Positions 1-9,234 of a stretch of 64,000 nt of DNA are shown piece after piece (position 1 is the stretch's first letter; each line of letters starts with the position of its first letter). The position numbers and the translations under genes were made by a program. The notes beneath the pieces are model-generated. The model was not told the DNA's origin and ran no database searches. It worked only from the letters and a program-made list of their open reading frames with translations. The stretch comes from an uncultured Gemmatimonadota bacterium (GTDB lineage: Bacteria > JAAXHH01), in contig OX638340.1 of the NCBI GenBank assembly GCA_951812955.1, positions 1,984,001-2,048,000 of the forward strand, given 5' to 3'.

Positions 1-155
1 CTGACCTGAACACAACGCCCGTTTCCGCCAGATTCTGCAGGGCGGGTGTCGGGATGGCGTGGCCGTAAGGTTGGATGTACCGGCCGGTGTCGTGAGAATG
101 GAGGTAAACGATATTCATTGATGGTCGTTCCGCAAAGCCTCATTTCCAGCATGCG

Positions 156-230
156 CCGGGCACTTCGATGCCTACATGCGCCTGGGCACTTCGATACCTA
201 CATCCGCCTCGGTACTTCGATTCCGAGCAG
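156..230. repeat. About 26-27 nt unit in 2.5 tandem copies (GCACTTCGATRCCTACATSCGCCTSG) spanning the argS stop codon and its downstream flank
   Basis: Direct reading: gcacttcgatgcctacatgcgcctgg / gcacttcgatacctacatccgcctcg / gtacttcgattcc. Copy 2 carries the argS stop (CTA on plus) and copy 1 repeats the last codons downstream. Confidence 0.6.
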
Positions 231-1967
231 GTCCAGCACCCGTTCCAATACGCGCAGCGTGACCTCGGAAAGGGCAAGCCACGAGTCGCGACGTTGGGCG
301 TCTTCCTCATTCAGCATGTGGTGGACATGGTAGAACCGGTTGTAGGCCGTGGCCAGTTGAAAGGCATATTCGCACAGGTGGTTCGGCGCGCGGGTCTCGA
401 AGGCCAGAGCGATCGTCCCGGGCAGCTCGGACAACTTGAGGTCCAGGTCGCGTTCCGATTCGCTTAAGGGGGCCAGGATCCTGCCCGGCTGGAGACCGCG
501 CTCGGCAGCCCGCCGCAAGACCGACTTGATCCGCACCGCCGCGTAGAGGATGTAAGGACCGGTGCGGCCCTCGAAGGACGAGAACCTTTCCAGATCGAAT
601 ACGTAGTCCTTCGTGCGGTGGTTCATCAGGTCGGCGTATTTCAGTGCGGCTACGCCCACGATGCGGGATATGTCCTCTTTTTCGTCCTCGGCGTACTCCC
701 TGACCGATTCGATGGCTTCAACCCGCGCCCTCGCGTGGTCGGTCACCAGCGCGATCAGGTCCTTCAGCTTCATGATCCCGCCCTCGCGGGTCTTGAAGGG
801 CTTGCCGTCCTTTCCGTTCATCGTCCCGAAGCCGTCGTGCTCCAGGCGCGTCGATTCCGGCGCTACGCCCGTCTTGTAGGAAGCCTTGAAGACCTGCTTG
901 AAATGCTGTTGCTGCCGGTTGTCGACCACGTATAGAATGAGGTCCGGCGTGAACTGTTCCACGCGCTGTTCGATGGTCGCCAGGTCGGTCGTGCCGTAGA
1001 GGACCGCGCCATCGGTCTTTTCCAACATCAGCGGCGGGATCTCCTCCCGGTCGCCCGGCTCGCCGACTTCCACGATCAGGGCCCCCCGGCTTTCCAGGGC
1101 GTACCCTTCCTGCTTGAGGCGCGCGATCAGGCCGCGAACGCGGTCCTGGGTATCGCTCTCACCGAGCCACAGGTCGAACCGGATATTCAACTGCTCGTAG
1201 CTCTGCCGGAGATCATCGACGGACACATCCCGGAATTGCTGCCACAGTGCGCGGTAACCCGGTCGGCCGGCCTGGAGGTCCACGGTGGCCTGACGTGCCG
1301 ATTCGGCGAACTCCAGATCCGTTTTCTGCCGTTCGGCGGCTTTCGGATAGATCTCTTCCAGGTCGGCGATGTTCACCGGGGGATCATCGGGATAGTGCCC
1401 GGCAAAGTCGTGGTCGAAATACGGAAGGTCCGGCCGACTTTCTTCCAGCGCGGCGATGATGAGGCCCATCTGCAGCCCCCAGTCTCCCAGGTGCACGTCC
1501 CCGATCACCTCGTGGCCCACGAAACGGCAGATCCGAACGATGCTCTCGCCGATGATCGCGGCGCGGAGGTGACCCACGTGCAGTGGTTTGGCCACATTGG
1601 GGCCCCCGTAATCGACCATGATCCGCAGGGGACGCGCTACCGCTTCGCATCCGAGCCGATCGTCATCATGCACCTCCTGGACGTGGCGCGCGATGTATTC
1701 GTCGGTCAGTACGACATTGATGAACCCCGGTCCGGCCAGACTCAGATCCCGGACAACCTCGGGCGCCCTGATCGTATCGACCACGTTCTGTGCGATCTCG
1801 CGCGGGCTGGTCCGGTACCGTTTGGCCGCCGCGAGCGCCCCGTTGCACTGGTACTGGCACAGGTCCGGCCGGTCGGAAACCCGCACTTCGCCGTAGCTCC
1901 GATCATAGCCTGCCGATTCGAAGGCGTCCGCGAAGACGACCGTAAGTTTGTCCGCCAGTGATCCCAC
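198..1967 (-). CDS. argS: Arginine--tRNA ligase (class I aaRS), 589 aa, GTG start
   Basis: Translated ORF has the HVGH motif (GPNVAKPLHVGHLR) and a typical ArgRS N-terminal add-1 domain and C-terminal DALR-like region. The start codon at 1965-1967 is GTG on the minus strand. Confidence 0.9.
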   Translation of the reverse strand: MGSLADKLTVVFADAFESAGYDRSYGEVRVSDRPDLCQYQCNGALAAAKRYRTSPREIAQNVVDTIRAPEVVRDLSLAGPGFINVVLTDEYIARHVQEVHDDDRLGCEAVARPLRIMVDYGGPNVAKPLHVGHLRAAIIGESIVRICRFVGHEVIGDVHLGDWGLQMGLIIAALEESRPDLPYFDHDFAGHYPDDPPVNIADLEEIYPKAAERQKTDLEFAESARQATVDLQAGRPGYRALWQQFRDVSVDDLRQSYEQLNIRFDLWLGESDTQDRVRGLIARLKQEGYALESRGALIVEVGEPGDREEIPPLMLEKTDGAVLYGTTDLATIEQRVEQFTPDLILYVVDNRQQQHFKQVFKASYKTGVAPESTRLEHDGFGTMNGKDGKPFKTREGGIMKLKDLIALVTDHARARVEAIESVREYAEDEKEDISRIVGVAALKYADLMNHRTKDYVFDLERFSSFEGRTGPYILYAAVRIKSVLRRAAERGLQPGRILAPLSESERDLDLKLSELPGTIALAFETRAPNHLCEYAFQLATAYNRFYHVHHMLNEEDAQRRDSWLALSEVTLRVLERVLDLLGIEVPRRM

Positions 1968-1977
1968 GGTTTTCCCT

Positions 1978-2406
1978 TCAGGATGGATTGCCGTAAATGG
2001 TGACCACCAATTGCCGGGCGCCGCCGTGGTCGCGGTGTTCGCAGAGATAAATGCCCTGCCAGATGCCCAGGTTCAGCCGGCCGCCGGTGATCGGAATGGA
2101 CACGCTGCTTCCCATCATCGAAGCCTTGATGTGCGCGGGCATGTCGTCCGGCCCCTCCTCGTCATGGCGGTAATACGGCTGGTCCTCCGGAACGAGGACG
2201 TTCATGTGGCGCTCGAAATCACCCCTGACGTCCGGCGCCGCATTCTCGTTGATGGTCAGCGAAGCGGAGGTGTGGCAGATGAAGACATGGGCGATGCCGA
2301 CCTCGATACCTGCCAGTTCGCGAACCTGCCCGGTGATTTCATCCGTGACCAGGTGGAAACCCCGTGGCCTGGCAGAAAGCATAATCTGTTTCTGAATCCA
2401 CTGCAT
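1978..2406 (-). CDS. YjbQ/UPF0047 family protein (secondary thiamine-phosphate synthase-like), 142 aa
   Basis: Length and conserved blocks (HTSASLTINENA...RHDEEGPDDMPAHIKAS) match the YjbQ family. Its ATG overlaps the upstream peptidase stop by 1 nt (TGATG). Confidence 0.75.
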   Translation of the reverse strand: MQWIQKQIMLSARPRGFHLVTDEITGQVRELAGIEVGIAHVFICHTSASLTINENAAPDVRGDFERHMNVLVPEDQPYYRHDEEGPDDMPAHIKASMMGSSVSIPITGGRLNLGIWQGIYLCEHRDHGGARQLVVTIYGNPS

Positions 2407-4268
2407 CAGAGTACGTAACGCTTCAGGAAGCGCTCCACATCATCGTAGAAGGCGACGATCGTCTCCACCTTGCGCCAGCCATGCCCCTCCCCTTCGTACA
2501 ACCGGTAGATGTGGGGCACCCTGTTCTTTTGGAGGACTTCGACGATCGATTCGGCCTGGTCCGGCGGAACCACCTTGTCCTCGCTGCCCTGGAATATGGC
2601 GACCGGGTCTCGGATCCCGTCCGCGTGGAAGAGCGGTGACCAGGCCTGGTACCGGTCGCTGTGCTCTGGGAGTGTCCCCACCATCAGGTCCAGGTATTTT
2701 GCCTCGAATTTGTGGGTGTCCGTGGCCAGGCCGAAGAGATTGGTAACTCCGTACAGGCACAGGCCGGCCCGGAAAACACCGGGATGATGGGCGAGCACGT
2801 TCAGCACGGTAAATCCGCCCGCGCTGCCGCCCTTGATGACCATGCGCTCCGGATCGGCGAGTTCCCTTTCCACGAGGGCGTGCGCACCGCTGACGGCATC
2901 CTCCGTATCGTAATCCCCCCAGTGTTCGCGCAGCGCGGTCATGTATGAACGGCCATATCCCGTGCTGCCTCGGTAGTTTACGTAGAGGCAGGCGTAACCG
3001 CGGTTGGTGAAGAAGGGGATCTCGGCAGCGTAGTCGGCCCTGGACTGGCCGGTCGGCCCCCCGTGAATGCTGACGACGACCGGAGGTTTGCCCGAACCGG
3101 TGAACCGGCTGCTGGCGGGTGGATAGTAGAGTCCGTGCACCTCGCCGCCCCCCGGATTCGTCCAGGTGATTGATTCGGGAATGGACAGGTCCGCTTCGGG
3201 GATCATCTCCGACTGGCTGCGGCGATGCACGGTATGGTCGTTTTCATCCAGGGTCACCACGCGCTCGGGGACGGCGGACGACGAGGCGATATACGCCAGG
3301 GCATTCCGCGCAGGCGATACGGAGAGCTGCATCATCCAGGTGTATCCGGGAGACTCAAGCTGCGTTTTTCGGCCAGAGGCCAGGGAGACCTTCCACAACG
3401 ATGCGAATCCCCGTTCATGGCTGCGGAAGTACAGCGTATCGCTGTCCGGTCCCCAGCCGTAGACGCGTACGCCCTGAACCCAGGCGGGATCGGCCAGGGT
3501 GGTTCCCTCCACAGGCGCGCTCCGTTCCCCCGTTTCGAGGTCCAGCACGACCAGGCTGTCCCATTCTCCTTCCGTTATGACGTAGGACAAATACCGACCA
3601 TCCGGGGAATAGGCGGGTTGAAAGACCGGCGTATCCGTGTCTCCCGCGATCAGGCACTCGTCTGTCAGGTTTCTACGATCGGTATCGAGCCGGGCGGTCT
3701 TAAGTCTCGTCCCGTCCCAGGGCATCTGCGGCTGATCCCATTCGATCCACGCGATCCGTTCGCAGTCCGGGTGCCAGACAGGCTGCATGTAGAAATCTGC
3801 TCCGCGGACCAGGTTGACCGGCCAGCCGCTACCCCTGCTGTCGACCAGGGCGACGACGTCGACGGATTCGCAGGTATGGACGTAGATTACCCACTTTCCA
3901 TCCCGCGACACGGCCGGAGAAGCGGCCGCGCCGAAAGCGGGCGTAATCGAAGCGGCCGATCCCGGTGAGAGGGGCTGGCGGTACAGCCTGCCGTCCTTTT
4001 CGGCGAAAACGACGAAATCGTCCGCCACGGTGAAATCACCGCCCCCATATCCGACGCCGCCCCGGACAAGATGCCCGTCCGTCAGGTCGTAAGGCGCCTC
4101 GCTGCCCTTCCGGCAAACGAGCACGCCGGTATCCGATCGCTGTTCCATCCAGACCAGGCCGGAGCCGTCGCCGATCCACTGCACATCGTAGAGCGGCGTT
4201 CGGGCCCCCATGGTCTTTGCCGTGATGGCGCTCTTCCAGTATCCGTATGCGACGGGAATTCGATTCAT
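2406..4268 (-). CDS. S9 family serine peptidase (beta-propeller plus alpha/beta-hydrolase; acylaminoacyl-peptidase/dipeptidyl-aminopeptidase-like), 620 aa
   Basis: C-terminal alpha/beta hydrolase with the GGSAGGF nucleophile elbow. N-terminal WD/TolB-like propeller repeats. This is typical S9 prolyl-oligopeptidase family architecture. Confidence 0.8.
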   Translation of the reverse strand: MNRIPVAYGYWKSAITAKTMGARTPLYDVQWIGDGSGLVWMEQRSDTGVLVCRKGSEAPYDLTDGHLVRGGVGYGGGDFTVADDFVVFAEKDGRLYRQPLSPGSAASITPAFGAAASPAVSRDGKWVIYVHTCESVDVVALVDSRGSGWPVNLVRGADFYMQPVWHPDCERIAWIEWDQPQMPWDGTRLKTARLDTDRRNLTDECLIAGDTDTPVFQPAYSPDGRYLSYVITEGEWDSLVVLDLETGERSAPVEGTTLADPAWVQGVRVYGWGPDSDTLYFRSHERGFASLWKVSLASGRKTQLESPGYTWMMQLSVSPARNALAYIASSSAVPERVVTLDENDHTVHRRSQSEMIPEADLSIPESITWTNPGGGEVHGLYYPPASSRFTGSGKPPVVVSIHGGPTGQSRADYAAEIPFFTNRGYACLYVNYRGSTGYGRSYMTALREHWGDYDTEDAVSGAHALVERELADPERMVIKGGSAGGFTVLNVLAHHPGVFRAGLCLYGVTNLFGLATDTHKFEAKYLDLMVGTLPEHSDRYQAWSPLFHADGIRDPVAIFQGSEDKVVPPDQAESIVEVLQKNRVPHIYRLYEGEGHGWRKVETIVAFYDDVERFLKRYVL

Positions 4269-4327
4269 TGCGAATCCGGATTCAACCTGTTTGTATGATT
4301 CGGCCGGGACCGTGTTTAGCGCTTGTC

Positions 4328-4357
4328 TTGACAGACTTCAAATTCTTTCTTGAATAT
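4328..4357 (+). promoter_or_regulatory. Putative sigma70-type promoter for proS (TTGACA, 17-nt spacer, TGAATAT)
   Basis: cTTGACAgacttcaaattctttctTGAATATacc lies about 100 nt upstream of the proS start in the divergent intergenic region. Confidence 0.3.
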
Positions 4358-4454
4358 ACCGGCGAGCGGTACGAAAGCAACCGTTTATGCGCCGTCCATT
4401 CGTCCCGGTTTACTATCGAATTACGCCGTTCCGTTCCCAGCCCGCGGTCCACCC

Positions 4455-6194
4455 ATGCGCCTGTCCGAGTACCTTTTTCAAACATACCGCGAACCCCCGG
4501 GCGAAGCGGAACTGGTCAGTCATCAACTCCTGCTGCGCGCCGGACTCGTCCGGCAGGTGGCATCCGGCATCTTTGCCTACCTCCCCCTCGGCCAGCGGGT
4601 CAAACACCGTATCGAACGCATCGTCCGTGAAGAGATGGACGCCATTGGCGGGCAGGAGGTTACGCTCCCCGTAGTGCAACCCGCGGAACTGTGGCGCGAA
4701 AGCGGACGCTGGGACCGGATTGGCAGCGAAATGGCGCGGCTGAAGGACCGGAACGGCCGCGACCTCTGCCTCGCCATGACGCACGAGGAACTGGTTACGT
4801 CGCTGGTCCGCGACGTGATCCGAAGCTACCGGCAGTTGCCGTGCCTGCTGTACCAGGTTCAGACGAAGTTCAGGGACGAACCCCGACCACGGGGCGGACT
4901 GATTCGCGTGCGGGAGTTCACGATGAAGGACGGGTACTCGTTTCACGTGGACACCGCAGATCTGGACTTATGGTACGAGAAGGTATACCAGGCTTACACC
5001 AACATTTTTCAGCGTTGCGGCCTCGACGCGGTGGCCGTGCGAAGCGACCCGGGCATGATGAGCGGATCGGACGCCCACGAGTTTATTGAAATGTCGCCGT
5101 CGGGCGAAGACACGATCCTTTCCTGCGCATCCTGCGGTTACCGGGCCAACAGGCAGGTGGCCCTGTTCGGGAAAGACGAACCTGCTCCTGAAGAGCCGTT
5201 GCCTGTTGAGGAAATCCACACGCCGGACACCGCCACGATCGACGATCTCGCCCGTTACCTGGATGTCCCGAAGACGAAGACCGCCAAGGCGTTGTTCATG
5301 GTCGCAACAGTTACAGACGAAAAGGAAGCGGCGGTGGATCGGTTCTTGTTCGCCGTGCTCAGGGGCGATATGGAACTCAGCGAGACCAAGCTGGCCAATG
5401 CCGTCGGCGCGCTTCAACTCCGGCCGGCCACGCCGGAGGAGATCCGCGCCGCCGGGGCCGAACCCGGTTTCGGTTCTCCCCTCGGAATCGATCGATCCCG
5501 AACGCTCTTGATCGTCGACGACCTGATCCCGTCCTCATTCAACCTGGTCGCGGGCGCCAACCGGATAGACTATCACATGGCCAATGTGAATTACGGCAGG
5601 GACTACGAGGCCGATCTGGTCACGGATATCGCCGCGGCCGGTGACGGAAGCCCCTGTCCGGCCTGCGGCGGCGCCCTCCGGGCCGATCAGGGTATCGAAG
5701 TCGGAAACATCTTCAAGCTGGGAGACAAGTACAGCAAGGCCATGGACGCGGGCTACCTGGACCGGGAGAATGCCTCCCGGCCGATCGTCATGGGCTGTTA
5801 CGGCATCGGCATCGACCGACTCATGGCTTCGATCGTGGAGCGTCACCACGACGAAAACGGCATTTGCTGGCCCGCGAGCGTAGCGCCATTCCAGGTCTTC
5901 CTCGTCGATCTGTCCGGCGGCGACCCGCACATTTCGGAAGTTGCGGCGGCCGTTTACGACGATCTCGTCGCGGCGGGACTGGAAGTACTCTACGACGATC
6001 GGGACGACCGCGCAGGGGTGAAGTTCAACGACGCGGACCTGATGGGGATCCCGGTCAGGCTGACCGTGGGAGGGCGCGGCGTGAAAAAGGGCGTGGTGGA
6101 GCTCAAGGTACGGCGGACGGGGCAGATGAAGGACGTGCCGCTGGGGGGCGGACTGGCGGAAGAAGTAACAGAAACGCTGGCGTCCTGCACGTAA
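4455..6194 (+). CDS. proS: Proline--tRNA ligase (bacterial type with editing insertion), about 579 aa
   Basis: MRLSEYLFQTYREPPGEAELVSHQLLLRAGLVRQVASGIFAYLPLG is the canonical ProRS N-terminus. Class II motifs and a C-terminal anticodon-binding domain are present. The ORF-track start at 4350 is an upstream extension; the ATG at 4455 is preferred. Confidence 0.9.
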   Translation: MRLSEYLFQTYREPPGEAELVSHQLLLRAGLVRQVASGIFAYLPLGQRVKHRIERIVREEMDAIGGQEVTLPVVQPAELWRESGRWDRIGSEMARLKDRNGRDLCLAMTHEELVTSLVRDVIRSYRQLPCLLYQVQTKFRDEPRPRGGLIRVREFTMKDGYSFHVDTADLDLWYEKVYQAYTNIFQRCGLDAVAVRSDPGMMSGSDAHEFIEMSPSGEDTILSCASCGYRANRQVALFGKDEPAPEEPLPVEEIHTPDTATIDDLARYLDVPKTKTAKALFMVATVTDEKEAAVDRFLFAVLRGDMELSETKLANAVGALQLRPATPEEIRAAGAEPGFGSPLGIDRSRTLLIVDDLIPSSFNLVAGANRIDYHMANVNYGRDYEADLVTDIAAAGDGSPCPACGGALRADQGIEVGNIFKLGDKYSKAMDAGYLDRENASRPIVMGCYGIGIDRLMASIVERHHDENGICWPASVAPFQVFLVDLSGGDPHISEVAAAVYDDLVAAGLEVLYDDRDDRAGVKFNDADLMGIPVRLTVGGRGVKKGVVELKVRRTGQMKDVPLGGGLAEEVTETLASCT

Positions 6195-6221
6195 CCCGCC
6201 GGGTCATGTACCCTGTTTACG

Positions 6222-7085
6222 TCAAATAATGCGTACGCCAGCCTCTGCCGCGATACGCCGGACGTTGGCAACCGCCGTCGGGATCTTGTCCTCGGGCAGA
6301 TGTTCGACTAGCATGTAGCCGTCAGGATGGAGCGCTTCCCAGCGCCGCACGGCCGTGACGAGGTCGAGTTCGCCGGCGCCGGGGACTTCTTCGTTCATGT
6401 GAATGACGAAGCCGGGTTCCACGCTGATGTCCTTGATATGGGCGACGGTCGAGATCGGTCCCATGACGTCGAATATGCGGTTCAAGCGTTCTGCGCTGTT
6501 GTACACCTGTGCCAGGGACTGGAAGTGGTTCACGAAGTCCATGACCACGCGCAGCCGGTCGGACCCGACGGCGTCTACCACCTGCCGGTTGATTTCCGGG
6601 GACCCCATTATCGTGAGCGCGTGGGTCTCGACCACGACGTTCATCCCCTCCGCCTCCGCCTTGTCCGCGACACGGGACAGGGTGTCGATCAGCACCTCCA
6701 GGCGCCCGGGTTCGTGGTTCTCGGGCGCGGGGTCGTAGGAACCTCCGGGGTTCAGGCTGCCGGTCCGGATGAGCACGTTGTGCGCCCGGAGCGCGCTGCC
6801 CACTTCCAGGCCGCGGTGAATGATCCGTACGACCCGTTCCCGGACCGAAGCCTCCGGATCGAACAGGCATTCGCGGTACCCTACACCGAACTGGGCCAGT
6901 TCCAGACCCAGGTTACCGTAGAGATCGTTCACCCGGTAGCAATCCGATGTCGTCAACTCGTCCAGGATCTCGCCGGGACCGTGATAGCAGGCGGAAGTAA
7001 CCTCCAGATCCAGCGCTTTTCTCAATACCTCTTCCGTTACGGCCCGGGGATCTCCCGGTACGTAGCCCACGACACCCAGACGCAT
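6222..7085 (-). CDS. Sugar phosphate isomerase/epimerase (xylose-isomerase-like TIM barrel), 287 aa
   Basis: Sequence profile of the AP-endonuclease-2/xylose-isomerase-like TIM-barrel family (VVETHALTIMGSPE, VAHIKDIS). It is the last gene of the acyl-CoA carboxylase operon. Confidence 0.7.
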   Translation of the reverse strand: MRLGVVGYVPGDPRAVTEEVLRKALDLEVTSACYHGPGEILDELTTSDCYRVNDLYGNLGLELAQFGVGYRECLFDPEASVRERVVRIIHRGLEVGSALRAHNVLIRTGSLNPGGSYDPAPENHEPGRLEVLIDTLSRVADKAEAEGMNVVVETHALTIMGSPEINRQVVDAVGSDRLRVVMDFVNHFQSLAQVYNSAERLNRIFDVMGPISTVAHIKDISVEPGFVIHMNEEVPGAGELDLVTAVRRWEALHPDGYMLVEHLPEDKIPTAVANVRRIAAEAGVRII

Positions 7086-7118
7086 GCGATATTCCTTTCT
7101 ATATCCGTTTGAAGTCGT

Positions 7119-7625
7119 TCAGTCCCCGATGACCACCAGCACGGCGTTTTTATCTACCGTATCCCCTTCGCCGATCCGGATCTCTTTGACGGTTCCACTC
7201 GCGTGGGCGCGCAATTCGTTCTCCATCTTCATGGCTTCGATGACGACCACGCCCTGGCCGCTCTCCACCGTATCGCCCTCGGCCGCGGCTATCGACACGA
7301 TGCGGCCTGGCATGGGCGCCTTGATCTGTTCCCCTCCTGCACGGCGCCGGGACTTGACCTGACCGCGCAACCTGGCCAGTTCTTCGTCTTCCACGGCGAC
7401 CGCGGACGACACGCCATTGACCGTGACCTCCCGTTGCTCGCCCTGGGTCGCCGCGACTGCCGTATATGACCTTCCATCGATAAGCAGGGAATACAACTGG
7501 TCCCCTTGAATCGAGGCCATGTCGATTTCCAGCTGCCTGCCGTCAATACGCAGCGCGACCCGTCCGTCCGCGTCGTCCAGGCTGACCGAATAGGTGGTTC
7601 CATGAATCGTGACGAGATAGCTCAA
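7119..7625 (-). CDS. Biotin carboxyl carrier protein (biotinyl/lipoyl attachment domain), 168 aa
   Basis: C-terminal biotinyl domain with the EAMKMENE motif (biotinylated Lys in AMKM). Confidence 0.8.
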   Translation of the reverse strand: MSYLVTIHGTTYSVSLDDADGRVALRIDGRQLEIDMASIQGDQLYSLLIDGRSYTAVAATQGEQREVTVNGVSSAVAVEDEELARLRGQVKSRRRAGGEQIKAPMPGRIVSIAAAEGDTVESGQGVVVIEAMKMENELRAHASGTVKEIRIGEGDTVDKNAVLVVIGD

Positions 7626-7711
7626 TGCTACTCCTTACACCCGCGGCCAGCCAGCGCTGTGGACAGCGCGCTTCCATTCTTTGAATCTGGCAACCGGACA
7701 CGGAAAGACCG

Positions 7712-9226
7712 TCATCGTTCCCGTCTCATGGCGTCCCGACGTCCGGTCAGTTTCCACGGACTCTCCCCTGACCTGTCGGTTCCGTCCCCGCCGGCTCCGA
7801 TCGGCATCGCCCTTTTCGCCTCCCGGTGTTTCATGATCGCGGCGAAAGCCGCTGCGATATGACGCTCATCGGCCCCGGCATCCTCGTCCGGCCCCATGGT
7901 CTCGACGAAGGAAGTCGTATAATCGCCGGAAGTGAATCGGGGGTCCGCCAGGGCCCGGAGGTGAAACGGAATGGTGGTTTTGATACCGCCGATATCGTAC
8001 TCACCCAGGGCTCTTTTCATGCGGGCGATGGCCTCTTCCCGCTTCTCGGCCCACACGATCAGTTTGGCGATCATGGGATCGTAGTAGATCGGCACCTCGT
8101 AACCCGCGCAGAAACCGCTGTCCAGCCGGACCCCGGGCCCCCCGGGCTCGCCCAGGCGCGTAACCACGCCGACCGAGGGCATGAACTGCGCGTTGGGGTC
8201 CTCGGCGGAGATGCGGCATTCCAGGGCCGCACCGAGGAACTGCACGTCTTCCTGCTTGAAGGGCAGGGGCATGCCGGCGGCTATTTCTATCTGCCGCCTG
8301 ACCAGGTCCTGTCCGGTCCGCAGTTCCGTGACCGGGTGCTCGACCTGGAGACGGGTGTTCATCTCTAGAAAGTAGAACTGTCGGTCCCGGTCCACGATGA
8401 ACTCCACGGTACCGGCGTTGGTATACCCTACGGCCTCGGCGGCCCTGACCGCCGCCTCGCCCATGGCGTTTCTCATCGCATCGTCGAGTACGCAGGATGG
8501 GGACTCCTCTATGAGTTTCTGATGGCGGCGCTGTATCGAACATTCCCGTTCGCCGAGATGCACCACGTGACCGTGTTGGTCGGCGAGCACCTGGAACTCC
8601 ACGTGACGGGGCTCCACCACAAATTTCTCAAGGTAGACCGTGGCATCGCCGAAGGCGGACTGGGCCTCGGAGCGCGCGGTACGCAGGGCGGCTGCCAGAT
8701 CGTCCGGAGCATCCACGACGCGCATGCCCTTGCCGCCACCGCCCATGGCCGCCTTGACGAGGACCGGGTAGCCGATGGATTCGGCCACGCCGATGGCGTC
8801 CCCGTCGTTTTCGATCCCTTCTTCGGTTCCCGGTACGACCGGCACGCCGGCCCGGCTCATGGTCTTCCGTGCCGCGGTCTTGCTTCCCATGGTCCGCATG
8901 GCCTCGCCGGAAGGACCGATGAACGCTATGCCCGCCTCGGCACAGCGATCGGCGAATTCCCCGTTTTCGGAAAGAAACCCGTATCCCGGGTGTATCGCGT
9001 CGGCTCCGGCCTTTTCGGCCGTTTCGATGATCCGGTCCATGCGGAGGTAACTGTCCGAGGAAGGTGCGTCTCCAATGCAATATGCCTCGTCGGCAAACTG
9101 GACATGGAGGGCCGTACGGTCCGCTTCCGAGAACACGGCCGTCGCTTCAATACCCATCTCCCGGCAGGTGCGGATCACCCGTACGGCGATCTCACCGCGA
9201 TTGGCGATCAGGATTTTCCGAAACAT
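7712..9226 (-). CDS. accC: Biotin carboxylase subunit of acyl-CoA/acetyl-CoA carboxylase, 504 aa
   Basis: MFRKILIANRGEIAVRVIRTCREMGI... is the canonical biotin carboxylase N-terminus. ATP-grasp and BC C-terminal domains are present. About 50 aa C-terminal extension. Confidence 0.85.
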   Translation of the reverse strand: MFRKILIANRGEIAVRVIRTCREMGIEATAVFSEADRTALHVQFADEAYCIGDAPSSDSYLRMDRIIETAEKAGADAIHPGYGFLSENGEFADRCAEAGIAFIGPSGEAMRTMGSKTAARKTMSRAGVPVVPGTEEGIENDGDAIGVAESIGYPVLVKAAMGGGGKGMRVVDAPDDLAAALRTARSEAQSAFGDATVYLEKFVVEPRHVEFQVLADQHGHVVHLGERECSIQRRHQKLIEESPSCVLDDAMRNAMGEAAVRAAEAVGYTNAGTVEFIVDRDRQFYFLEMNTRLQVEHPVTELRTGQDLVRRQIEIAAGMPLPFKQEDVQFLGAALECRISAEDPNAQFMPSVGVVTRLGEPGGPGVRLDSGFCAGYEVPIYYDPMIAKLIVWAEKREEAIARMKRALGEYDIGGIKTTIPFHLRALADPRFTSGDYTTSFVETMGPDEDAGADERHIAAAFAAIMKHREAKRAMPIGAGGDGTDRSGESPWKLTGRRDAMRRER

Positions 9227-9234
9227 GTATCCTC

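Noticed and set aside
4269-4454. Possible T-box or attenuator leader upstream of proS
   Set aside because: The about 90-nt leader shows no specifier or T-box consensus (AGGGUGGNACCGCG) and no terminator/antiterminator pairing that I could see. Only a plausible promoter was kept.
6327-7112. 261-aa plus-strand ORF antisense to the TIM-barrel isomerase gene
   Set aside because: Same reasoning: high-GC antisense artefact with no domain features.
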